Positions 20,701 to 27,996 of a DNA stretch of 64,000 nucleotides are shown one piece after another. Numbering within the stretch: the stretch's first letter is position 1; each line of letters begins with the position of its first letter. The stretch lies in the NCBI GenBank assembly GCA_963663965.2, contig CAXXFK010000015.1:128001-192000 (forward strand), in the 5' to 3' direction. The stretch is from Sedimentisphaerales bacterium. Its GTDB lineage: Bacteria > Planctomycetota > Phycisphaerae > Sedimentisphaerales > SM23-30. The translations under genes were made by a program, and so were the position numbers. The notes beneath the pieces are model-generated. The model saw only the letters and a program-made list of their open reading frames with translations. It ran no database searches and was not told the DNA's origin.

Positions 20701-21075
20701 CTTCAACTTCGCATCCGGCCGGGCCGTAAAATCACGCGCGTCATCCGCCACCACCGTAATCTCCCTAACCGCCCAGCCATTTTTCAACCCGGCAATTTCC
20801 GGCATGGTAAACGTCTGACCCCGGTCCGCGTCGGCATTGGAATTCGTGGAATCCGGATCGAACACCGTCGTATACGAATTATCCTGGTTCTGCTCAATAA
20901 TCACATCCCCACTCGGCACAACCCGATCCTTCACCAGCGTCACCTCACCCACCACCACCCCGTTAAACAACAGCCCCAACAGCAACCCAGCAATCATCCA
21001 ACCCCGGCCGCCCCCATTGGTACGCCCAACTTCCGTCCGATATCCAGCATCAAGTTCACAGCTTCGTAACAACAT
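17752..21075 (-). CDS. Multidomain FGly-dependent sulfatase (TSP3-like repeat, sulfatase, PA14, FN3, dockerin-like)
   Basis: PNIIFILCDDLG, CAPSRASLLLG, GKY, SSDNG, WEGGVRMP; PA14-like CGYIDIP..GLHPFRLYY; FN3 LDW..GYNVYR; GDINIDGWVN. Confidence 0.9.
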   Translation of the reverse strand: MLLRSCELDAGYRTEVGRTNGGGRGWMIAGLLLGLLFNGVVVGEVTLVKDRVVPSGDVIIEQNQDNSYTTVFDPDSTNSNADADRGQTFTMPEIAGLKNGWAVREITVVADDARDFTARPDAKLKIWVFQWPSADGNDRSQWVNSDGVADGDPFDGTGISQFLIHGEEVGANFACVAGDFIHFRFDEPLLMKENQAYGFLLSFDDYSSAGEDLRIDVYRLSPGNTYPGGFNLIAQRTDVNSSNELKDDLRFFVVGTVSDTILDADPTVDSDHDLLTDKDELEIYKTDPEKADTDGDGTPDGMEVSKQLDPKNPNEKLERPNIIFILCDDLGYGDLGVLFQNQIPGTKKHFTPHLDTMAQSGIIMNRHYCPAPVCAPSRASLLLGVHQGHANVRDNQFDKALENNFTLASTLKSAGYYTSLIGKYGLEGSGSNPSEWPAYPTKRGFDFFFGYVRHSDGHQHYPGNTWDLGDSAAHRSKKELWDNDTEISGQLDKCYTADLFTARAKKLITEHRQANPNQPFFIYLAYDTPHAALQLPTQAYPDGRGLTGGLQWNGTPGAMINTASGTIDSWRHPDYVGKGWPDKDVRFATSVRRLDDCVGDLIQTLKDLDIDEKTLIVFSSDNGPHTEAYLSGVNYEPTAFKSYGPFDGIKRDTWEGGVRMPTLVRWQGTIGGNRISNQPSQFQDWMATFAELAGWTAPCRSDGVSLRPTLTGAGAQKDGLVYVEYYNNGSTPSYSDFDASHIGLKRNQMQVIFQEGYKGVRYNIQSHDDLFRIYDVNNDPRELTNLAGTSSYFVGLQQKMKDQVLRIRQINSTASRPYDSALVTPVTVPVERGIVWQAYEGLWPWVPEFRDMTPVATGSDAAIGLEHLTCPTDAGLLVCGYIDIPADGDWNFYLSCDTGAHLRIHDSQVIDDDFNHTGVEVAGMIKLAAGLHPFRLYYRSGRAEPMLTLQWSGPGIARQAIPAAVLYRDRTPLRAPGNLSAAPAGGAIELDWDNNPEGDIAGYNVYRTETPGSVLPSLIAAQVTDSSYRDTETMAGQNYYYIVRALDTAWNESEASQEAAAFYYRGDINIDGWVNLPDWEKLSESWLAAFQWTDVDAMITNWLNTSL

Positions 21076-21185
21076 GATCTCTCCAGTTGTGTGAGTGGTA
21101 TATATTTATCTAGATGGTTTCTACTCCTTTATATATCTTCTACCACCCGATCAGGTAACAAAAAACCCAATAATCCCAACATCCC

Positions 21186-21324
21186 GTAGCACGGGCATCC
21201 TGCCCGTGATTCCCCCCCCTTCTCTCCTTCCACACCCATCCTGCCCGCGATTTTCTTCAATTCAGGCCAGCCAACCCGCATTTTCCTCTTCCCCACACTG
21301 TAGAGACGCAATGCTTGCGTCTCT
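21186..21324 (+). repeat. Two GTAG-headed REP-like palindromes plus a degenerate third copy
   Basis: GTAG-CACGGGCA-tcc-TGCCCGTG (21186-21208); GTAGAGACGCAA-tgc-TTGCGTCTCT (21300-21324); decayed CATCCTGCCCGCG near 21237. Confidence 0.6.
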
Positions 21325-21361
21325 GATGCATTCGTTTCATTTCAACTTTCGTATATTCAGT

Positions 21362-21898
21362 CTAAACCAACCTGTTCCGGTCAATCACAAAGCTGACGGC
21401 CCATTTTTTATTATTCGATTTATCCCATTCTTTATAACTGATCCCCTCTGATTTTACCATCCAGGTTTCCAAACCGTTTAAATTGCTGCCGGCAATGATA
21501 GATGCTGCTTCACTTGGACTGTTAAATAATGTATTTTCATTTAAATACCAAACATCGTTGCGTTCGCAGTCAACAAGTTTGCCTTCCTTTATCAAACCAT
21601 TACGAACTTCAATGCGACCTTTCTGCATGGAGGGATTTTGCTTTTTCAAGAACTCAGAACCCTGATAGACGATGAATTTACCGGGTTTATAGCAACCTCT
21701 GAATTCTCTGGCAATGGCCCATACTCCGTTATAATTCATTATAAGCAAAGGAGTAACTAACAATTCGGTTAGAATTTCACCTTTTGCTTTTTTAGGTAAA
21801 ACGCCTCTTCTAATTTCTTTTTCACTCCATGCAATATCAAAGCTGGTATTGCAATAATCAATAATATTTCCCAATAAATTGTTAAGAAGTTTTTTCAT
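21362..21898 (-). CDS. DUF4357-like domain protein
   Basis: FIVYQGS...FNSPSEAASIIAGSNLNGLETW...GISYKEW matches the FxSPSxAA..G...NG..W pattern. Confidence 0.75.
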   Translation of the reverse strand: MKKLLNNLLGNIIDYCNTSFDIAWSEKEIRRGVLPKKAKGEILTELLVTPLLIMNYNGVWAIAREFRGCYKPGKFIVYQGSEFLKKQNPSMQKGRIEVRNGLIKEGKLVDCERNDVWYLNENTLFNSPSEAASIIAGSNLNGLETWMVKSEGISYKEWDKSNNKKWAVSFVIDRNRLV

Positions 21899-21923
21899 TT
21901 TAACTCACCGTTTTAATTTTGAT

Positions 21924-22169
21924 CTAAAGTTTTTTCTTTATTTTCCAGACGCCACTGCCTAATTTTACTGGCTCAAAACAGTCATGGCCTTTACCTCTTG
22001 AATTTTGCTGTAGCGCATTGCGAACCCATTCCTCATAATTATCGCCAAGCGTATCATTTCTAGATTTTCTCAATTTATATACTTCAGGGTAAATTTTAGA
22101 TAGATGAGCTTTGCCATTAAGCAGGGCTAATGCATTATAAACATCTTGATACCATTTCATATATATCAC
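21924..22169 (-). CDS. Small hypothetical protein, possible winged-helix
   Basis: ALALLNGKAHLSKIY...VRNALQQNS...GSGVWKI; AT-rich. Confidence 0.55.
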   Translation of the reverse strand: MIYMKWYQDVYNALALLNGKAHLSKIYPEVYKLRKSRNDTLGDNYEEWVRNALQQNSRGKGHDCFEPVKLGSGVWKIKKKL

Positions 22170-22224
22170 TTTTCATACTTATACTGTAGCATATCAACAT
22201 CTATGATGAACCAAATTTAAATAA

Positions 22225-22440
22225 TTAGGTTAACTCAGCTTTGGCTTTTTTTAGAATCGCATCAAGATTCTTCTTTAACTCGTTTACTTGATATTCAAGT
22301 TCATTATATATTACACATTCGGGTGTTATAAATCTAAATTCACCAACGCTAGAACTAGACTGAATGTATATTTGGGCGGATTTTTGACAAGGTAATTCCA
22401 GTCCTGTGCAGTCCTTATATTTGATATCGAATACTTTCAT
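22225..22440 (-). CDS. Small hypothetical protein
   Basis: 71-aa ORF with GGAG RBS, co-oriented with its neighbours. Confidence 0.5.
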   Translation of the reverse strand: MKVFDIKYKDCTGLELPCQKSAQIYIQSSSSVGEFRFITPECVIYNELEYQVNELKKNLDAILKKAKAELT

Positions 22441-22583
22441 TTTGATTCTCCAAAATCTAAGTAATAATTTAAATAAGATTGTTAGATTAACACTCTTATA
22501 TAGTTATATATAATTGCAAGAAAACAAATGTAAATCAGATAACATTTATTTAACAGATAAAAAACAGTAACACAACATACAAC

Positions 22584-25103
22584 TCAACGGCAGACTCGAA
22601 ATCCTATGGCGTCGTGTCTGAATTCTGGGGCGTTGTAGCCCCTGTTCGATACCGTACAGTTGCTGACTTTGCTGAACCAACATCCGCCTCGGACCAAGCA
22701 AGTGTCGGAACTTACCATGCTTGTCCACTCTAGAACATTCCCTGCCATATCCGCAACCCCATAGCCATATACCCCAAAAGCTCCCACAGGGGTTGTGCCA
22801 TACGGATGAACTGAATCAAAATAGTTAGCAAGACTATTATTAATTGTCAAACCGCACCCATAGACGTAGTTACCATCATAGTCCGCAACTGCCTGCCATT
22901 CCCACTCAGTTGGCAAGCGCCAACCATAATAACTCGCAAAAGCCGCTGCGCCATACCAGCTCACATAAGTTACTGGATGATTCTCAAAACCACTATCTAC
23001 AATGAACTGTCCTCCACTGTTTTTAATCCTCGAAGCACCACCACTAGTAGCTCCATTATACGATTCGCCTGAACCCACAAGATTGTAATAAGATTGATCA
23101 ATGAAATCCTCTCCGGAGTTGGAACCATTGGCTCCCTTAATATCATTGCCATCAATTGCTATATCACCAGAAACAAGAGCAGCATTGAGGAACTGACAAT
23201 ATTGGGAATTAGTCGTTTCGAATTTGCTCATTTCTCCGATAAAACTTTTGCCAGATACTCCAGGATCTTCGATATTTATCCAAACAAATCCATCGGGTTC
23301 AGATGACGCTATCGATAAATTAACACTACTATTTAGATTTACAATACTTTCCGCCACAGGGTTCGATGAAAGCACTGTCCCTGCTGGTATTTCTAGACTA
23401 TTGATATTGGTTATTGTACCTACAATCAGATGCGCAGCCTCAAGTGTAAAAAAAGCATCCTGAATTGTCATTCCTATTACATCTGGCACAATCGTTTCCC
23501 AACCTTTGGATATCATTAGATCCACTTCAGAATTAACCGCGACAATCGTATCTGCCGGCGGTACTGACCGGATCACCATGCCGATGGGAACCGTTGGATG
23601 GTATTCATGGGAAACAGTTCTGATCTGAAGGGCAGCTTCGAGGATTAAGGCTTCAGCTTCCGATTGAGTCAGGCCGGTGACATCCGGCACTGTCGTTTCG
23701 TAGCCTTTGGAAATGACCAGATTTACCACCGCACCCACCGTTACAATGCTTCCATTGGCAGGCTCGGTGGCGACGGTCTGGCCTTCCGGAATTGTTTCGT
23801 GGAATATTGATATTATGGTACCAACTGTCAGTGATGCGGCCTCTATTTGAGCAGTTGCATCATTTTGAGACAGGCCGGTGACATCCGGAACCGTCGTTTC
23901 ATAGCCTTTGGAAATGATCAGCGTGACCGGTGTGCCCACCGGGACGGTCGTGCCTGTTTCGGGTTCAATTCCTGCCACAAAACCCAGCAGTATATCAGGA
24001 TTAAAAACATAGTTGACCGTTTCAACTGTCATCCCTTCGGATTCAATTTTATCAACGGCCTCTGTTTCTGTTAAGCCCGTCAGATCCGGGACGGTCGTTT
24101 CATAGCCTTTAGATACCGACAAGTTGACTGAGGAGCCCATTGGCACCTTAAATCCAACTGACGGTTCTGAACTGATAACAGCACCCAACGGTACTGTAGG
24201 ATGGAAAACATGAGTAACCGCTCCAATTGTCAGTGAAGCCTCTTCAAGACTGGCGATGGCTTCGGACACAGTCAGAATATTGACTTCCGGCACAGTGGCT
24301 TCCATCCAGTGGCGGGTGAAGAAAGCGAAATCTTCGGCATCCACTTTACCGTCACCATTCAAGTCTGGATGTACATAGATTGTATATCCGTTTCGGAAGG
24401 GTGCGATTTCTCCATCAATATTATCGGTGACATGCACATCCCATTTACCCGGTTGGGCATTATCCGGGATAACAAAAGTCGCCTGCAGGGTAGCGGCATC
24501 TATACCTGAAAATTCTCTGGCATGAATAGTATCCTCACCCTTCGACAGCCAGACGCCGGTTATCGTTGAACTTTCATCAAAAAAAGTGGTAGCAAAGCCC
24601 TTGATAGTAATTTGGGTCCGCCAGCCCTGGGGACAGATATTGGGTGTGACCGATATGATTTCAAATGGAACCGCTGACACCGAAACAAAATACTCATCGA
24701 TCACCGCCTTAACATTAAATTCCCGGATCGAAACATAATAACTACCGCCCGGCAGAATGGTTTGGATGCGCGAAAAGGAATCTGAACCGCCATCGTCATC
24801 CGACATTAACTCATTATTTTGGCTGTCAAACAGGCTGATTACGGTATCGCCCTCAACGCCGCTGGTTTCGATTATTGCTTCTGCAGCGGAATCCAGCGTA
24901 AAAGTTATCCAGTCAATATCAGCGGCAGGGTAAATAGAGTAACTTTGCATCTGGCCGTCTGTGCTTATAGCGCCCGCATTCGAAAAGTCATCATCCGGTT
25001 CATGACCATCGATCTCCTGAGCAACCGCCGGCATCCCGATGCAGATCAAACAAAAACTGACCAACATAACTTTTAAGCCATGACCTGACAAATACTTAAA
25101 CAT
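22584..25103 (-). CDS. Secreted protein: PPC-like domain, dockerin-like motif, five PASTA repeats, C-terminal FGE-sulfatase (SUMF1-like) domain
   Basis: Signal peptide; HEPDD..DIDW..SDDDGG..FSRI; PDLNGDGKVDAEDF; 5 x VPDVxG...V.L.ISKG; HPVTYVSWYGA, RLPTEWEW, DMAGNVLEW, RGG.W, GFR. Confidence 0.85.
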   Translation of the reverse strand: MFKYLSGHGLKVMLVSFCLICIGMPAVAQEIDGHEPDDDFSNAGAISTDGQMQSYSIYPAADIDWITFTLDSAAEAIIETSGVEGDTVISLFDSQNNELMSDDDGGSDSFSRIQTILPGGSYYVSIREFNVKAVIDEYFVSVSAVPFEIISVTPNICPQGWRTQITIKGFATTFFDESSTITGVWLSKGEDTIHAREFSGIDAATLQATFVIPDNAQPGKWDVHVTDNIDGEIAPFRNGYTIYVHPDLNGDGKVDAEDFAFFTRHWMEATVPEVNILTVSEAIASLEEASLTIGAVTHVFHPTVPLGAVISSEPSVGFKVPMGSSVNLSVSKGYETTVPDLTGLTETEAVDKIESEGMTVETVNYVFNPDILLGFVAGIEPETGTTVPVGTPVTLIISKGYETTVPDVTGLSQNDATAQIEAASLTVGTIISIFHETIPEGQTVATEPANGSIVTVGAVVNLVISKGYETTVPDVTGLTQSEAEALILEAALQIRTVSHEYHPTVPIGMVIRSVPPADTIVAVNSEVDLMISKGWETIVPDVIGMTIQDAFFTLEAAHLIVGTITNINSLEIPAGTVLSSNPVAESIVNLNSSVNLSIASSEPDGFVWINIEDPGVSGKSFIGEMSKFETTNSQYCQFLNAALVSGDIAIDGNDIKGANGSNSGEDFIDQSYYNLVGSGESYNGATSGGASRIKNSGGQFIVDSGFENHPVTYVSWYGAAAFASYYGWRLPTEWEWQAVADYDGNYVYGCGLTINNSLANYFDSVHPYGTTPVGAFGVYGYGVADMAGNVLEWTSMVSSDTCLVRGGCWFSKVSNCTVSNRGYNAPEFRHDAIGFRVCR

Positions 25104-25226
25104 GACTATTCCCCCTCAGAGAATAATAGTTTGGTATTATAAAGCAATTGTTACATGATCTATTGTATCAAAATGTCAACTCTTCTGTCAATCGTGGTAA
25201 ATACGGTATACCTGATCAATTTTTAC

Positions 25227-26450
25227 CGCTGTTTTATTAAATCTCAAATCCCTTTTCTTAAATCCTGTCAATATGCTGAAAGTCCCTATCTGTCGGGATT
25301 ATCCTGTCTAAAAGGCTGTTATATTTTTTCATCTCCCCACCCGTTCCGGAATTTATCCCGATATTCATCGGGACTCCCTTTACTTACTACACGGTGAAAA
25401 TGCATTTCATTTTCCCCTTCCGTACTACAATCCTTCAATTCTTTGTTATTTTAGCGAAGTTTTTTTGTGTTGGAGAATAGCTGATCTTTTAAAACAAAAA
25501 CTTATATCACTTTGCGCCTTCCGTCAACTATTGTCTCTCCCAGCCGTTGCCCACCCTTTGCACCTTAGCGTCTTTGCGTTAAACCGGCTGTTTTTCTGAA
25601 GCTTGGTGTGAGCTATTTTTGGCGTTGCGGCTTGACCGCCCTAAGTCTTTCCGTGTCTTTCCGTGGTCATATCTTCTTATATTTAAATATCTTAACTAAT
25701 TTTAATCTGCGTCCATCTGAATTCATCTGCGGTTCAAACCGCTGTTATATTTTATTTGAATTCCCTCTTTCTTAAATCCTGTATATCCTGTGATCCTGTC
25801 TAAAATGCTTTATTCTTCCCTGCTCCATAATAACCCCCCGGCCATTACCCTCTATGCCCTCCCAATCTCTGTGGTAAACACCGTCTTAAAAATGTATCCC
25901 GTGGCGCAGCCACCCTTAACCTTTTTGATATACTTTCTGATCCTATCTTATTTTAAAAGCATTTTATTACTGATTTCTTCCGTGTTTTTCCGCGTTTTTC
26001 CGTGGTTATAAGTTATTCTATTATAATTACTTAAATCAGTTTTTATCTGCGTCTATCTGTCCCGATATACATCGGGATATGCGGTTGAATCGGCTGTTAT
26101 ATTTTTTCTTAACCTTCGTGAAGTGCCGCAGGTCGAAAGATCCGCCTCAGGAGGACACCCTTCGTGTAGCCGAAGGTCGAAGATCCGCCTCAGGAGGACG
26201 CTTCGTGGTTAACCCCTGCCTTTAAAAAATTTAACTCGTGGCCCCGCCACTCTTTATTTTCATCCATTTCTCAGTTCTATCTTCTTTGATTTCAACTTCT
26301 TAACCCTGATTTCTTCCGTGTGTTCCGTGTATTCATTGGTCATATCTTCTTATATTTCAATATCTTAACTAATTTTCATCTGCGTCCATCTGCGGATAAA
26401 CCGGCTGTTAATTCTTCCTTTTACCTTCATGCTCTTCATGGTGAAAATTT
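25227..26450 (+). repeat. Non-coding array of ~12 co-oriented short imperfect tandem repeats with AT-rich spacers and nested mini-hairpins
   Basis: Units of ATCCTGT, CTTTGCG, TTCCGTG, ATCTGCG, CTCTGTG, CTTCGTG and CTTCATG types, each 2-3x at 8-10 nt pitch; a ~100-bp composite block recurs at ~25649, ~25978 and ~26314. Confidence 0.8.
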
Positions 26451-26490
26451 CTTATATTACGTATTTAATACAAATAACAAAAATTTTTGT

Positions 26491-26519
26491 TTGACTATTA
26501 TTGAAATATGATCTATAAT
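26491..26519 (+). promoter_or_regulatory. Sigma70-type promoter
   Basis: TTGACT-N17-TATAAT, 73 nt upstream of the ATG at 26593. Confidence 0.75.
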
Positions 26520-26592
26520 CCCAACAGTCGGCCAGCAACGGTCAAACTCAGAATGTTTTTTTAATTTGTTCTACAGAATAAGAGGTGAATCC

Positions 26593-27378
26593 ATGAATCG
26601 TTCCATGCAAATTCTCGCCCGCGCCCAATACTACCACCGCCCCGAAATCAACAACCTGTTCCTCGCCACCATCAACACCACCCGCCGCCAGCATCAATAT
26701 ATCATCGACACCCACTCCTACCACTGCGAACTGGCCGGCCTCATCGCATACGACCGCCGCGACTACAAACTCCGCGCCACCCGCGCCGGCCACCAGGCCC
26801 TCCAGCGCCTCGTCGTCCAGTCCCGCTCCGACAACAACGTCACCGCCCGCCGCGCCACCGCCCAACTCATCCAGCAATTCATCACCGTTTCCAACTCCTT
26901 CAAAGATTGCCTCCCCGATGGCCCGCCCACCGACCTGGAATACCAGCAGATCATCCAGCAATCCAAAGAAATCCTCTTCGAAGCCGGCTACCAGATCACC
27001 CCCGCCATCCAATGCGACCCCAACGCCACCCCCGAACCAGATCAACAACCCGAAACCCCGCCAATACCAAACGAACCCAAAGTCGGCAAATTCAACCATA
27101 ACACAAACAATAACAAAAACTTAGAAACAAACAATCCAACCCATAACAACCACCGCAACCCCAACTCCCAGTCCAATAATACCCAATCCGATCCACAGAA
27201 CCAAACACCCCATCAATACAACCCCAACCACTCCAACTACCCCCCAGCGCCAAACGAAGCCAATCCCAACAATTACAACTATAACGTCAATTTTAACAAT
27301 AATTTACCACCATACACCCCAACAGAACCATCCCTGGATGACTCAACCAGCACCACCCTCCAATGCCGCAATTACTGA
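26593..27378 (+). CDS. Hypothetical protein with helical N-terminal domain and N/P/Q/T-rich low-complexity tail
   Basis: GAGGTG RBS, consensus promoter, strong C-ending codon bias in this frame. Confidence 0.6.
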   Translation: MNRSMQILARAQYYHRPEINNLFLATINTTRRQHQYIIDTHSYHCELAGLIAYDRRDYKLRATRAGHQALQRLVVQSRSDNNVTARRATAQLIQQFITVSNSFKDCLPDGPPTDLEYQQIIQQSKEILFEAGYQITPAIQCDPNATPEPDQQPETPPIPNEPKVGKFNHNTNNNKNLETNNPTHNNHRNPNSQSNNTQSDPQNQTPHQYNPNHSNYPPAPNEANPNNYNYNVNFNNNLPPYTPTEPSLDDSTSTTLQCRNY

Positions 27379-27557
27379 CATCCCCCAACCACCCGAATCC
27401 CGATGCAAAACGAACCCAACGATAAAAAATAAGGTAACGCCAACCACCACAACCTGACAATCTAACCGCCGTCTTGACCCAGAATTCAAGTCGGCCCGGA
27501 TTATGTGTGCATTGAACTCCTCAAATACGAATTTTATTGAGGGTTTATGTTACCCAT

Positions 27558-27953
27558 TCACAAGACCGCATCCAGAACATGCTCCGCCACGAACACCGGG
27601 CACTGATGAAAGATACTCAAAGCGATCGCGTCGCTGGGCCGGCTATCCACCACGATAATCTCACCTTCCCGATTCAGGATCAACTGGGCGTAAAAGGTAT
27701 GCTCCCGCAAATCGTTAACAATCACTTGCTCCAGCCGGACACGCAATGCCTGTAAAATCCCCGTTATCAGATCATGTGTCAACGGCCGCGGCGGCACATA
27801 TTGATTCACATAGCGGTTTATCGTCACCGCCTCATAAGAGCCGATCACAACCGGCAAAGCCCTCTCACCCCCCTTTTCCTTCAATACGATGATCTGTTCG
27901 TCACTGGTCTCGCGAATAATTATTTTTGCCAGTTCCATCTCAATGTTCATCAT
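27558..27953 (-). CDS. Bifunctional nuclease family protein (DUF151)
   Basis: LPVVIGSYEA, PRPLTHDL, FYAQL, DSRPSDAIAL. Confidence 0.9.
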   Translation of the reverse strand: MMNIEMELAKIIIRETSDEQIIVLKEKGGERALPVVIGSYEAVTINRYVNQYVPPRPLTHDLITGILQALRVRLEQVIVNDLREHTFYAQLILNREGEIIVVDSRPSDAIALSIFHQCPVFVAEHVLDAVL

Positions 27954-27996
27954 AAAAGCCCTCTTATGGGTGGGCGCCGGTCTGATCGAAATTTTA

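Noticed and set aside
21899..22583. Integron cassette array (attC sites between the small AT-rich ORFs)
   Set aside because: Only a short AATCTAA/TTAGATT inverted repeat near 22454-22488; no convincing attC structure or integrase
22584..22720. DGR variable region at the end of the FGE/C-lectin-fold domain
   Set aside because: No template repeat or reverse transcriptase seen in the window; a remote DGR cannot be excluded
25227..26450. CRISPR array
   Set aside because: Repeats are heterogeneous, spacing is irregular, spacers resemble each other, and there are no cas genes in the window
26548..27099. 183-aa minus-strand ORF
   Set aside because: G/V-rich mirror of the plus-strand gene, which has the promoter and RBS
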